Of a stretch of 39,329 nucleotides of DNA, positions 26,725-37,356 are shown one piece after another. The position numbers and the translations under genes are program-made. How positions within the stretch are numbered: the stretch's first letter is position 1; every line of letters starts with the position of its first letter. Source of the DNA: a phage; sequence record PZ402303.1; one strand, given 5' to 3'. A model generated the notes under the pieces. The model made no database searches. It was not told the DNA's origin and saw nothing but the letters and a program-made list of their open reading frames with translations.

Positions 26725-26858
26725 CTTCTCGCAAACTCGTAGGGGACACTGAGTCCCTTACTGAAGTTGAGCAAGAGCTAACGCCACAACAGAAAGCTGC
26801 CCGTACCCGTGCGGCAAACAAGGCTCGAAAGGAAGCTGAGCTAGCTGCTACTGAATGA
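25681..26858 (+). CDS. 10B: Minor capsid protein gp10B by programmed -1 ribosomal frameshift at G_GTT_TTC (26706-26712)
   Basis: Slippery heptamer 4 codons before the 10A stop; -1 frame stays open for 48 more codons to TGA at 26856-26858, just upstream of T-phi. Confidence 0.6.
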
Positions 26859-26868
26859 TAACTATATG

Positions 26869-26910
26869 AAACCCCTTGGGTGCCTTCACGGGTGCTTGAG
26901 GGGTTTTTTC
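26869..26910 (+). terminator. Late transcription terminator (T-phi-like)
   Basis: AACCCCTTGGGTGCCTTCACGGGTGCTTGAGGGGTTTTTTC, closely resembling recalled T7 T-phi. Confidence 0.8.
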
Positions 26911-26929
26911 GCTACAAGGAGACACACTT

Positions 26930-27520
26930 ATGCGTTCCTATGAAACAACCCTAGAGACAGGTGAAGAGTTGGCTGCTGTCAATGACATCTTGGCCTCTAT
27001 CGGTGAACCACCAGTATCTACTCTGGAGGGTGACTCTAACGCCGATGTTGCCAACGCCCGTCGAGTTCTCAATAAGATTAACCGACAGATTCAGTCTAAG
27101 GGCTGGACGTTCAACATTGAGGAAGGTCAACAGTTGGTCCCCGATGTGTTCAACGGTCTGATTCCATATATGTCAGACTACCTGTCTGTGCTCTCTCAAG
27201 GTGGTGCGACTGCTTACGTCAACCGTGGTGGTTACGTCTTTGACAGGACCACTGGCACCGATGTGTTCCAGAACCCTATCACAGTGACCATCATCAAACT
27301 GAGAGAGTTCTATGAGATGCCTGAATGCTTCCGCTACTGGATTGTCACCAAGGCCGCTCGACAGTTCAACAACCGATTCTTTGGTGCACCTGAGATTGAT
27401 GCTGTGCTGGCTGAAGAAGAACAAGAAGCGAAGATGCAGTGTCATGAGTACGAACTGGACTTCGGTAACTTCAACATGCTTGATGGTGATGCCTTCACTG
27501 GTGGTCTACTGTCTCGTTAA
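26930..27520 (+). CDS. 11: Tail tubular protein A (gp11), 196 aa
   Basis: Same length and position as T7 gp11; RBS AAGGAG. Confidence 0.95.
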   Translation: MRSYETTLETGEELAAVNDILASIGEPPVSTLEGDSNADVANARRVLNKINRQIQSKGWTFNIEEGQQLVPDVFNGLIPYMSDYLSVLSQGGATAYVNRGGYVFDRTTGTDVFQNPITVTIIKLREFYEMPECFRYWIVTKAARQFNNRFFGAPEIDAVLAEEEQEAKMQCHEYELDFGNFNMLDGDAFTGGLLSR

Positions 27521-27539
27521 TAACTTAAGGAGGTCTCTA

Positions 27540-29918
27540 ATGGCTCTTATTTCACAATCCGTCAAGAACCTGAAGGGCGGTATCAGTCAACAGCCGAACA
27601 TCTTAAGGTTCCCCGAACAGGGTTCCGAACAGATTAACGGTTGGTCTTCGGAGACCGAGGGCTTACAGAAGCGTCCACCTTTTGTCTTCACTAAGACCAT
27701 TGGAGACCAGAATGCCCTTGGTGCCAAGCCTCTCGTTCACCTCATCAACCGTGATAGTGTCGAACAGTATTACGTTGTGTTCACCGGACAGGGAGTACGA
27801 GTGTTTGACTTGAATGGCAAAGAGTACGCTGTGAAAGGTGACTTGTCGTATGTCAAAGTGGGAAACCCTCGTGATGACTTGAGGATGGTCACGGTAGCTG
27901 ACTATACGTTTATCGTAAACCGTAACATGGTTGTCCGTGCTGATACGGCCCCGCTGTATACACTCAAGGAGAATGGCGACTGTCTGATTAACGTTCGCGG
28001 TGGTCAGTATGGTCGAACCTTAGCATTCACCATTAATGGCGTAAGGATTGCATATGAGATTGCCCGTGGTGATAAACCTGAGCACGTAAACGAAACTGAC
28101 GCACAGTGGCTAGTTAAGAAACTTGCTGGCCTAGCTCGTGCACATGGTTCCTTTAAGGACTGGAAGTTCAACGAAGGGCCGGGGTTCATCCATGTTATTG
28201 CTCCGGGTAACAGCCAGATTAACTCACTGTCCACTGAAGATGGTTACGCCAACCAGTTGATGAACGCAGTAATGCACACCAGCCAGTCATTCAGTAAGTT
28301 GCCTCTTGAGGCTCCTAATGGATACACGGTGAAGATTGTTGGGGACACCTCTAAGACTTCTGATATGTTCTACGTTCAATATGACAACGTGAAGAAGGTG
28401 TGGAAAGAGGTTGCTGGATGGGGAGTACAGAAGGGACTCAATGGAGGCACTATGCCACACGCATTGGTTCGCCAGTCTGATGGTTCCTTCCAGATGCAGG
28501 TGCTACCGTGGGCGCAACGAACTTGTGGTGACATGGATACTAACCCGACTCCATCCATCGTTGACCAGAAGATTAACGATGTGTTCTTCTTCCGTAACCG
28601 CTTAGGGTTCCTAGCTGGTGAGAACATTGTGATGTCTCGTACCTCCAAGTATTTCTCACTGTTCCCTGCGTCAGTGGCTAACCTGTCAGATGATGACCCG
28701 ATTGATGTGGCTGTATCTCACAACCGTATCTCAATCCTGAAGTATGCCGTACCGTTCTCCGAAGAGTTGCTGCTATGGTCTGACCAAGCACAGTTCGTCC
28801 TGTCTGCTTCTGGCATCCTCTCACCGAAGTCTGTAGAGTTGAACCTTACGACTGAGTTCGACGTGTCCGACCGTGCGCGCCCTTATGGTGTTGGTCGGGG
28901 CGTGTACTTTGCGTCACCCCGTGCTTCCTATACGTCACTCAACCGATACTATGCAGTACAGGACGTTAGCTCCGTTAAGTCCGCTGAAGATATGAGTGCT
29001 CACGTTCCAAGTTACATCCCCAATGGTGTGTTCTCTATCCGTGGCTCAGGTACTGAGAACTTCATCTCCGTGCTATCTGCCAACGCTCCTAGTAAAATCT
29101 TCCTCTACAAGTTCCTCTACTTGAACGAAGAGATTGCTCAACAGTCATGGTCCCATTGGGAACTCGGAAGTAACGTAACGGTTCTGGCTTGTGACTCTAT
29201 CGGCTCAACGATGTACCTTGTGTTGCGCAATCAGTCACACACTTGGATGTGCCGAGCACACTTTACGAAGAACAGCATTGACTTCCCTGATGAGCCTTAT
29301 CGTCTGTACATTGACAACAAGGTCAAGCATGTGATTCCTAAAGGTGCGTACAACGATGACACCTACACGACCACTATCAAGCCTGTGGACATCTACGGTA
29401 TGAAGTATTGGACTGGTAGGTTCTACATTGTGTCCTCTGATGGTCTGGTCTCGTGGTTCGACCCTCCGCGTGGTGGTTGGCCTAATGGCGTTCCTGTGCT
29501 GTCAATGAGTGGGAACCGAGAAGGCGAGACTATCTATATCGGAATGGCAATCAACTTCCGCTATGTGTTCTCTAAGTTCCTCATCAAGAAGACCGCCGAC
29601 GATGGCTCTACAGCTACCGAGGATATTGGTCGCTTGCAGCTTCGCCGTGCATGGGTTAACTATGAGGATTCTGGTGCATTCGTTGTGGAAGTTGAGAACA
29701 CGTCACGTCTGTTCAGCTACGATATGGCAGGTGCCCGTTTGGGTTCCAATGCTCTACGTGCTGGTGGACTTAACGTTGGCACAGGCCAGTTCCGCTTCCC
29801 GGTCGTTGGCAACGCACAGTTGAATGAAGTCCGTATTATCTCTGACCACACCACACCACTGAACGTTATTGGTTGTGGATGGGAGGGTAACTACCTTCGT
29901 CGTTCTTCTGGTATCTAA
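27540..29918 (+). CDS. 12: Tail tubular protein B (gp12), 792 aa
   Basis: MALISQS.KNLKGGISQQP.IL...GWSSETEGLQKRPP matches recalled T7 gp12 start; RBS AAGGAGG; track ORF 27312 starts upstream. Confidence 0.95.
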   Translation: MALISQSVKNLKGGISQQPNILRFPEQGSEQINGWSSETEGLQKRPPFVFTKTIGDQNALGAKPLVHLINRDSVEQYYVVFTGQGVRVFDLNGKEYAVKGDLSYVKVGNPRDDLRMVTVADYTFIVNRNMVVRADTAPLYTLKENGDCLINVRGGQYGRTLAFTINGVRIAYEIARGDKPEHVNETDAQWLVKKLAGLARAHGSFKDWKFNEGPGFIHVIAPGNSQINSLSTEDGYANQLMNAVMHTSQSFSKLPLEAPNGYTVKIVGDTSKTSDMFYVQYDNVKKVWKEVAGWGVQKGLNGGTMPHALVRQSDGSFQMQVLPWAQRTCGDMDTNPTPSIVDQKINDVFFFRNRLGFLAGENIVMSRTSKYFSLFPASVANLSDDDPIDVAVSHNRISILKYAVPFSEELLLWSDQAQFVLSASGILSPKSVELNLTTEFDVSDRARPYGVGRGVYFASPRASYTSLNRYYAVQDVSSVKSAEDMSAHVPSYIPNGVFSIRGSGTENFISVLSANAPSKIFLYKFLYLNEEIAQQSWSHWELGSNVTVLACDSIGSTMYLVLRNQSHTWMCRAHFTKNSIDFPDEPYRLYIDNKVKHVIPKGAYNDDTYTTTIKPVDIYGMKYWTGRFYIVSSDGLVSWFDPPRGGWPNGVPVLSMSGNREGETIYIGMAINFRYVFSKFLIKKTADDGSTATEDIGRLQLRRAWVNYEDSGAFVVEVENTSRLFSYDMAGARLGSNALRAGGLNVGTGQFRFPVVGNAQLNEVRIISDHTTPLNVIGCGWEGNYLRRSSGI

Positions 29919-29948
29919 AATTAGAAACACCCCGACTCAATAAGTGAA

Positions 29949-29971
29949 CAATACGACTCACTATTGGGAAG
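29949..29971 (+). promoter_or_regulatory. Phage RNAP promoter (phi13-like)
   Basis: CAATACGACTCACTATT-GGGAAG. Confidence 0.8.
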
Positions 29972-29999
29972 GGGGTTTATACTTAAAGGGAGAAACTCT

Positions 30000-30413
30000 A
30001 TGTTAATAATCAGACCTACCAAAGAATCCGACTTCGATAGATTCACTCCGTCACCTGAAGACATCGCTGAGGCTCACGCTTATGGTATTGAACCAGCATT
30101 TCCACCAGCCAATGAGTGCGTCACTATGTCACTTCATGGTATGCCAGTGGCTATCGGTGGCAACTGTGGGGACCAAGTGTGGTTCGTAACGTCCGCTCGT
30201 GTGTGGAAACTAAGTATGAAGACCCGAAGAGAGTTCCGAAAGCTCATTCTGGAATATCGTGATACCATGCTCAAACAGTATCCGATTATCTGGAACTACG
30301 TTTGGGTCGGCAACAAGTCCCACATTAGGTTCTTGAAGTCTATCGGTGCGGTGTTCCATAATGAGTTTACTGGTGACAGTAATCAATTCCAACTATTCAC
30401 AATAGGAGGTTAA
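30000..30413 (+). CDS. 13: Internal virion protein A (gp13-like), 137 aa
   Basis: ATG at 30000 preceded by AAAGGGAGA; position between phi13 and gene 14; track start 29964 is a TTG inside the promoter. Confidence 0.8.
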   Translation: MLIIRPTKESDFDRFTPSPEDIAEAHAYGIEPAFPPANECVTMSLHGMPVAIGGNCGDQVWFVTSARVWKLSMKTRREFRKLILEYRDTMLKQYPIIWNYVWVGNKSHIRFLKSIGAVFHNEFTGDSNQFQLFTIGG

Positions 30414-30415
30414 CT

Positions 30416-31021
30416 ATGTGCTGGATGGCTGCAATCCCTATCGCTATGCAAGGCGCTTCCATGATTATGGGAGGTATGCAGGGTGAACAGGCAAAGGCCG
30501 CACAGATTGACCAAGGTCGTCGCCAAAGTTGGCAGATGGTAAAGGAGATGAATTATAACGATGCTAATCTCAAGTTAGAATCGCGTGACCTCATTGACTC
30601 CACTGTACAGGAGATGACCCAAGCGAATATGAACCGTGTGAGAAACATGGGGACTATCCGAGCGGCAATCGGTGAAGGGATGCTTGAGGGTAACTCTATG
30701 GACCGCGTACAGCGCGTGACCGAGGGTGACTTCCTTCGAGAGTCTCAAGGTCTCACTGAGAACTACCAACGTGACTACAGTGTCATCTTAGGGAAGCGTT
30801 TAGCTAACCACGAGAACACAGTAAGTCAGATTAAAGAAATCAACAACTCTGAGCCACGGCTTAAAGGCAAGCTGGAACAAATTATCGACCCATTAGGCTT
30901 AGGCTTAACGAAGCTGGTTGATGTTGCAACCGCTGGTAGTCCTCTAACCAATAAGTTAGGTAAGAAGGCCGCTGCTAAGGTCAAGGCTTCAGATGCCAAG
31001 TCAACAGGCCAAGGTAAATAA
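30416..31021 (+). CDS. 14: Internal virion protein B (gp14), 201 aa
   Basis: Size and position as T7 gp14; RBS AGGAGG. Confidence 0.9.
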   Translation: MCWMAAIPIAMQGASMIMGGMQGEQAKAAQIDQGRRQSWQMVKEMNYNDANLKLESRDLIDSTVQEMTQANMNRVRNMGTIRAAIGEGMLEGNSMDRVQRVTEGDFLRESQGLTENYQRDYSVILGKRLANHENTVSQIKEINNSEPRLKGKLEQIIDPLGLGLTKLVDVATAGSPLTNKLGKKAAAKVKASDAKSTGQGK

Positions 31022-31035
31022 AGGAGGTACAGTTT

Positions 31036-33315
31036 ATGAGTAAGTTAGCTCAAGCATTGGGTAACATGAACGCTCCGGCTACCAGTCGTCTGCGTGGCAC
31101 TGGTCGTATGGAAGTTAAGGCCGCAACAGTATACGAAGACCCTAAGTATGCCGAGAAGTCAAAGCTGATTGGCACTGTAGGTAAACTTGCTGAGATGGGC
31201 GCAGATGCTTACATGAAGTATGACCAGTATCAGAAGGATAAAGCAGACGAACGCTCAAACGAGATTATTCGTAAGCTGACTCCTGAACAACGCCGAGAGG
31301 CCATTAAGAATGGAACCCTATTATATCAGGATGACCCATATGCGATGGAAGCTCTTAAGATTAAGACTGGTCGTAACGCTGCGTATCTCGTAGATGACGA
31401 AGTGGCACAGAAGGTGAAGAACGGTGAGTTCCGTACTCGTCAAGAGTTGGAAGAGTTCCGTCACAGCCGACTGCAAGAAGCCGCTAAGAACTATGCGGAA
31501 CAGTTCGGTATCGACGAGACTGATGAGCACTATCAGAAAGGTTTCAACTCCGACATCACTGAACGTAACATCGCCCTCTATGGTGCTCATGATAACTTCC
31601 TGAGTGACCAAGCTAAGAAGGGCGCTGTCATCAACAGCCGAGTAGAGTTGAACTCTGTGTTGAACGACCCGGACACTCTGCGTTCTCCCTATGCTGGAGA
31701 GTTCTTTGAGAACTACTTCAGTGCCGGATTGACTACAGGAAGTATCCCTAGTGATGACCAAGCGTTCACCATGATTAGCCAAGGTCTGTCTGACGTGGTT
31801 AACCGTGAAGGTGGTGGTCAGTTCCTGAAACAGATTGAGAACCGTAAGGTGAAACTCCACGGAAAAGAGACTACCTTCAAGGAACTGATGGGTTCCGAAC
31901 AGTGGAACAATCTGATGGTTAAGGCTCAACATAATGAGTTCCAGTTGAATGCTAAGAAGACCGAGGCGTTCCAACTTAATGTGAACTCTGCGTTGAACCA
32001 AGAGAACGTGAACACTGGCTGGGAACAGTTGCAGTCCATCAAGGCTGAACTGGACACACTGCAACCGGGCGAAGAGATGACACCTGAACGTCAGGCGTTA
32101 ATCAATGCACAGACGCAGATGCAGGACAGGATGAAGCGGGAGACCGCTGAGTTAGCCAAGCAGATGGACAAGCAACAGAAGTCGATGAACAAGATGAACG
32201 TCATTGACGCACAGTTCCAGAAGCGGCTCAATGGTCAGTATGTGTCTACTGCGTATGGCGATATGCCTACCAACGAGAACACTGGTGAGTTCACCCATAG
32301 TGACATGGTTAACTATGCGAACAAGAAGCTGGCTGACATTGACGCTATGGACATCCCTGATGCACAGAAGGACCGCATGAAGTTGGACTACCTCAAAGCT
32401 GACTCCGAGAAGGGTGCTTTCCGTACTGCGGTTGGTGAACTGATTGGTGACGCTGAGAAGGAATGGACGTCTGCTGTGATTAACGGGAAGATGCCCGAAG
32501 ATGGTGGAGTGGCACTTAATGCTCTTCGTCGTGTTCGTAATGCTGACCCTGAGTTATTCGCTGCACTCTATCCTGATAAAGCCGAGATGTTCCTCACGAT
32601 GGACATGATGGACAACCAAGGGATTGACCCGCAAATCCTGCTGGATGCAGATAAGGCTCGACAGTCTCTTACCAAAGAGATGCAGTACGAGGATGACAAG
32701 GCTTGGGCTTCGCTGAAGAACAACTCCGAGTCTCCCGAACTGTCCCGTATGCCAGCCACCTTGGACGCTGGTGCTCGTAAGATTTATGACTCTGTGAAGT
32801 ACCGTACTGGCAATGCTGATATGGCGATGCAACAGGTCGATAAGTATCTCAAAGAGAACACAACGACTCTCACTGGTGATGGTGTTGATGGTGATACCAT
32901 TGGTGTCTTAACGAGAAACTCCCTGCGTGTGACCGATGACCCGGACTCTTGGAAACAAGGTAAGGACATTATCGACACAGCCGCTAAGAAACTCGCTGAG
33001 ACGAACAAGTGGATTACCAACAAGCAACTTACTGTGTTTGAGCGCGGTGGCTCTATCTACCTGATGGACACGACCGGACAGGTAAACATTCGGTATGACA
33101 AGCAGTTGCTCTCTAAGATGTATCAAGAGAACCAAGCGAAGCTGGATGAGGAAGCCCGTAATAAGGCACTCAAAGATGCCAACAAGCGAACCCTACATAC
33201 ACGAGCTATGAACCGCAAGCGTGAACGTGAAGCTAAGAAGCCTAAACGCTCTGGCAGCATGTACGATAGCGTAAGTGGCAAAGGTATTCTGGATACGCTG
33301 ACTGGTAAAGACTAA
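31036..33315 (+). CDS. 15: Internal virion (core) protein C (gp15), 759 aa
   Basis: Size and position as T7 gp15; RBS AAGGAGG. Confidence 0.95.
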   Translation: MSKLAQALGNMNAPATSRLRGTGRMEVKAATVYEDPKYAEKSKLIGTVGKLAEMGADAYMKYDQYQKDKADERSNEIIRKLTPEQRREAIKNGTLLYQDDPYAMEALKIKTGRNAAYLVDDEVAQKVKNGEFRTRQELEEFRHSRLQEAAKNYAEQFGIDETDEHYQKGFNSDITERNIALYGAHDNFLSDQAKKGAVINSRVELNSVLNDPDTLRSPYAGEFFENYFSAGLTTGSIPSDDQAFTMISQGLSDVVNREGGGQFLKQIENRKVKLHGKETTFKELMGSEQWNNLMVKAQHNEFQLNAKKTEAFQLNVNSALNQENVNTGWEQLQSIKAELDTLQPGEEMTPERQALINAQTQMQDRMKRETAELAKQMDKQQKSMNKMNVIDAQFQKRLNGQYVSTAYGDMPTNENTGEFTHSDMVNYANKKLADIDAMDIPDAQKDRMKLDYLKADSEKGAFRTAVGELIGDAEKEWTSAVINGKMPEDGGVALNALRRVRNADPELFAALYPDKAEMFLTMDMMDNQGIDPQILLDADKARQSLTKEMQYEDDKAWASLKNNSESPELSRMPATLDAGARKIYDSVKYRTGNADMAMQQVDKYLKENTTTLTGDGVDGDTIGVLTRNSLRVTDDPDSWKQGKDIIDTAAKKLAETNKWITNKQLTVFERGGSIYLMDTTGQVNIRYDKQLLSKMYQENQAKLDEEARNKALKDANKRTLHTRAMNRKREREAKKPKRSGSMYDSVSGKGILDTLTGKD

Positions 33316-33338
33316 CAGACCACGATAGGAGGTTCCAA

Positions 33339-36300
33339 GTGGATAAGTATAACCCGAACGAACCGCATGAATATGATGCGTTATTTCAACAAGCTGCTGA
33401 CACACATGGAGTCTCCTATGGCCTTCTTCGGAAGGTCGGTTGGGTAGAGTCCCGCTTTAAACCTACGGCTCAATCACCAACAGGGCCGAGAGGTGTCATG
33501 CAGTTCACTAAGGCAACTGGTCAGGCTTATGGTCTCCAGAACGATGAGGACTTCACTGACCCGGCTAAGTCCATTGATGCAGGTGCTCGTTACCTCGCAG
33601 ACCTCGTTAAGAAGTACGATGGCGATGAACTTAAAGCTGCCCTAGCGTACAACCAAGGTGAAGGGCGTAATGGTAAGCCACAACTGGAAGCCTACGATTC
33701 TGGTAACTTTGCTGGCATCGGTGATGAAGGTCGTAACTATCTGCGTTCACTTCTGGATGTCGCTAAGTCTCCTAAGAGTGGGGACATTGAGTCATTCGGA
33801 GGTATCACCCCAAAGGCTAAAGGGATTCCGTTTGATGCTGCGATGAGTGGTATCGGGAAGAAAGGAAAGGTAACAACTGAACTCCCTGAGTCTCACGAAA
33901 TGTCCTTTCAAGGTAAAGAACAGGCCGCTCCCAATCAGCCGTTCGGAAAAGATTATTGGGAAGCCAAAGGTACAACTCTTGACGAAGCAAACGAGCGTTC
34001 AACCTTCTTCGGATTTGGTAATGCTGCCGAAGCAGAACTCTCTAACTCAACCTTGGGTGTTGCCTTCCGTGCTGGTAAGCGTGACAATGGTTTCGATGTT
34101 CTTACTGACGTACTTCAGCCGACACGGTTTAATAGCCACATTTGGTCGCCTGAAGAACTCGAAAAGATTCGCAACGAAGTGAAGAACCCTGCGTACATGA
34201 ACGTTGTACTTGGTGGTTCCGCTGAGAACCTTGACGAGCTAATCAAGTTAGCCAATGAGAACTTCGAGTTGGACTCTAAGGCCGCTGATGCTGGACTTGG
34301 TGCAAAACTATCTGCTGGGATTATTGGTGCTGGTGTGGACCCTCTGACCTACGTTCCAATCGCTGGGTCTGCGGCTAAGGGATTCAAACTGGTGAACAAG
34401 GCGTTGATGGTGGGTGCTCAAGCTGGTGCACTTAACGTTGCCTCCGAGGGTCTGCGTACATCCGTTGCTGGTGGTGATGCTCACTATGCGGAAGCTGCTC
34501 TTGCTGGTATGCTGCTTGCTGGGGGACTCACTGCGGTTGCTGATGGTGTTGCTGCTGGTCTCCGTAAGTCTGGTGCTGAACAGATTGAGAACCCGTTTGC
34601 TGCTGCGCAGATGCGTTTTGAGGCTCGTGAGACTGCCCGTAACACTGGTGGATATGATGCAAGTCGTATGCCTCCGAGTGAAGACCGAGTGTTCTCACAG
34701 CACAACGGCGTTGAGTATGCACCTCTCGAAACTGAACCGGGTGCGGTAGTTCTGAAGGACGGCTCAATCATTAGTGATACCAACTTGGCTAACCCAATGA
34801 CTGCCAAAGAGTTTGCCGAAGTAGACCCTGAACGTGCTGCATGGGGCTTGCCTATGCGTGGCCTGAGTGAAATCGGTTTGAGAACTCTACGTTCTGAACA
34901 TGCAGAAATCCGTGGACTAGCTAAGGACTTAGTGCGCTCACCTACAGGTATGGAGTCTGGCTCACATGGTAAGTTTGGGGCTACCGCCTCAGACATCAAA
35001 GAGCGCCTACACAGTAACAACCAGCGAACCTACAATGACCTCTATGGTGCAATGAAGGAAGCTATGGCTGACCCTGAGTGGTCTGTGGGTATGTTCAAGC
35101 AGGGTGCCCAAGGTGCTCGTCAGGAAATCTATCGTCGTGTTGCAATCGCTATTGAGCGTCCAGAACTTCAGGCCAACTTAACGAAGGCTGAACGTAAGGT
35201 AATGGACATCATGAAGGAACATTTCGACCTCAAGCGTGAGATGATGGAGAACCCGTCGATGTTCGGCAACAAGGCAACTTCCATCTTCCCTAACAGTCGT
35301 CACAAAGGGACTTACGTTCCTCATGTGTACTCACGGGAAGCCAAGCAGTTGTACTCACAGGCTCTCGGTGGCTCTGATGGTTTACAGGAAGCAATCGCTG
35401 CAAGCTGGATGACCTCTTACCGTTCACGTCCAGAAGTTAAGACTCGTGTGGATGAGCATTTAGCGGAGACATTAGGTATCGACCCTAAAGCTGTTACCGA
35501 AGAGATGGTGATGAAACATGCCAGCGACAAGGCTTATGGTATTGCGAAGACAGATGAGTTCAACTCTTCAAGTGTCATCGACGATAACATTGAGGGTCTG
35601 GTAGGGATTGAGAATAACTCGTTCCTTGAAGCCCGTAACCTGTTCGATTCTGACATGCCAGTCACGCTCCCGAATGGACAACAGTTCTCTGTGAATGACC
35701 TCCGAGACTTCGATATGAAGCATGTGATGCCAGCATATGACCGCCGTGTTGACGGTGATATTGCTATCATGGGTGGTACAGGAAAGACGACTGCTGAACT
35801 CAAGGATTACATTATGGCTCTCGATAAGAAGTCTGAAGGTAAAGGCACAATGAAAGGTGAAGTGGAAGCACTCAAGGATACCGTTAAGATTCTCACAGGC
35901 CGTGCTCGACGCAATCAGGATACTATGGGTGACACTATGGTCCGCGCTATGTCCGATATGTCCTTCTTTACGAAGAACGCATATATGGGCTTGCAGAACC
36001 TAACTGAAATCTCTGGTCTCTTGGCGAAAGGTAACACCCGTGCGATGCTTCATGGCATTCCCGCTCTGCGTGACCTAGCATTCCGCAACAAGCCAGTGTC
36101 CGGTAAGGAACTTAAGGAACTACACTCTATGGTGTTCGGTAAAGAGTTCGATGACTTAATTAGACCGACCCGTCAGGACATCATTCAGCGACTCCGTGAA
36201 TCTACGGATACACCTGATGTTGCCGCTAAGGTTGTTGGTACGGTTAAGCACACCACTCAAGAGTTGGCTGCTCGCTCTCCGTTCACTAAGTTCCTCAATG

Positions 36301-37286
36301 GTACTTCCAACTACATTCTGGACATGGCCCGTCAAGGTGTCATGGGAGATGTGGTAACTCATGCCATTACTGGTAAGGGTGCCAACAAGTGGATTAAAGG
36401 AGACATGCTGAAATCTGCGAGTATCTCTAAGGAACAATGGGAAGGCATTCAGAACCTCATCCGCGAGAACGTCACTCAAGGCGCTGACGGCAAGTACACC
36501 TTCAAGGACAAGCGCAAGCTGGCTAATGACCCTCGTGCTATGGACTTGTGGCGCTTAGCTGATAAGGTTGCCGATGAGACAATGCTGAGACCTCACAAGG
36601 TTTCACTTCAGGATTCCCATGCGTTTGGTGCTGCTGCCAAGCTGGTGCTTCAGTTTAAGTCGTTTGTCATCAAGTCGATGAACTCTAAGTTTATCCGCTC
36701 TGGTCACGAGGCTATGAAGAATCACCGAGCTATGGACATGGCGCTGACCTACGCAATCTCTGGAGGTATCGCTGGTTCCTACTACGTGGCACAGGCCCAC
36801 TTGAAGGCTGCTGGTCTACCTAAAGAGCAACAGAAGGACTACTTGAAGAAAGCTCTGGACCCTAAGATGATTGCCTATGCTGCTGCGTCCCGAAGTTCAC
36901 ACTTAGGTTCCCCGTTGAGTATCGCAAACTTCGCTATGGGTGCTGCTGGTTACGACCAAGGTCTCATGGTCCGCTCTACTATTCTCCCGAAAGGTGAGGA
37001 CAAGCGGGAACGGAATAAGGCGGTAACTTCCCGTGACATGAGTGAATCCATTATGGGTGCTATTGGTGAACAGGTTCCTGCTCTTGGCTTCGCGGGTGCT
37101 GCTCTAGCTACTGGTCGAAATGCTTATGGTGTCCTTACGGCTCCAAACAAAGTGACCGAGCGTGAGATGATGACTGGCTTAATGAACGCCCACCGAGAGA
37201 TGATTCCTAACGACCCAATCTCTCAACAGATGCTCATTAAGTTCTATGAGGCCAACGGTGTTCACATTAAGGCTGACAAGAAGTAA
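33339..37286 (+). CDS. 16: Internal virion (core) protein D with N-terminal lytic transglycosylase domain (gp16), 1315 aa
   Basis: GTG start with RBS TAGGAGG; N-terminus MDKY... and SLT-like motif ES.F.PTA.S.TGP.G.MQFTKAT as in recalled T7 gp16. Confidence 0.97.
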   Translation: MDKYNPNEPHEYDALFQQAADTHGVSYGLLRKVGWVESRFKPTAQSPTGPRGVMQFTKATGQAYGLQNDEDFTDPAKSIDAGARYLADLVKKYDGDELKAALAYNQGEGRNGKPQLEAYDSGNFAGIGDEGRNYLRSLLDVAKSPKSGDIESFGGITPKAKGIPFDAAMSGIGKKGKVTTELPESHEMSFQGKEQAAPNQPFGKDYWEAKGTTLDEANERSTFFGFGNAAEAELSNSTLGVAFRAGKRDNGFDVLTDVLQPTRFNSHIWSPEELEKIRNEVKNPAYMNVVLGGSAENLDELIKLANENFELDSKAADAGLGAKLSAGIIGAGVDPLTYVPIAGSAAKGFKLVNKALMVGAQAGALNVASEGLRTSVAGGDAHYAEAALAGMLLAGGLTAVADGVAAGLRKSGAEQIENPFAAAQMRFEARETARNTGGYDASRMPPSEDRVFSQHNGVEYAPLETEPGAVVLKDGSIISDTNLANPMTAKEFAEVDPERAAWGLPMRGLSEIGLRTLRSEHAEIRGLAKDLVRSPTGMESGSHGKFGATASDIKERLHSNNQRTYNDLYGAMKEAMADPEWSVGMFKQGAQGARQEIYRRVAIAIERPELQANLTKAERKVMDIMKEHFDLKREMMENPSMFGNKATSIFPNSRHKGTYVPHVYSREAKQLYSQALGGSDGLQEAIAASWMTSYRSRPEVKTRVDEHLAETLGIDPKAVTEEMVMKHASDKAYGIAKTDEFNSSSVIDDNIEGLVGIENNSFLEARNLFDSDMPVTLPNGQQFSVNDLRDFDMKHVMPAYDRRVDGDIAIMGGTGKTTAELKDYIMALDKKSEGKGTMKGEVEALKDTVKILTGRARRNQDTMGDTMVRAMSDMSFFTKNAYMGLQNLTEISGLLAKGNTRAMLHGIPALRDLAFRNKPVSGKELKELHSMVFGKEFDDLIRPTRQDIIQRLRESTDTPDVAAKVVGTVKHTTQELAARSPFTKFLNGTSNYILDMARQGVMGDVVTHAITGKGANKWIKGDMLKSASISKEQWEGIQNLIRENVTQGADGKYTFKDKRKLANDPRAMDLWRLADKVADETMLRPHKVSLQDSHAFGAAAKLVLQFKSFVIKSMNSKFIRSGHEAMKNHRAMDMALTYAISGGIAGSYYVAQAHLKAAGLPKEQQKDYLKKALDPKMIAYAAASRSSHLGSPLSIANFAMGAAGYDQGLMVRSTILPKGEDKRERNKAVTSRDMSESIMGAIGEQVPALGFAGAALATGRNAYGVLTAPNKVTEREMMTGLMNAHREMIPNDPISQQMLIKFYEANGVHIKADKK

Positions 37287-37287
37287 A

Positions 37288-37310
37288 CAATACGACTCAC
37301 TATTGGGAAG
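37288..37310 (+). promoter_or_regulatory. Phage RNAP promoter (phi17-like)
   Basis: CAATACGACTCACTATT-GGGAAG with hairpin GGGAAGGCTCACATAGCTTCCC. Confidence 0.8.
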
Positions 37311-37356
37311 GCTCACATAGCTTCCCTCTATTTACCTAACCGAAAGGAGGCTACAG

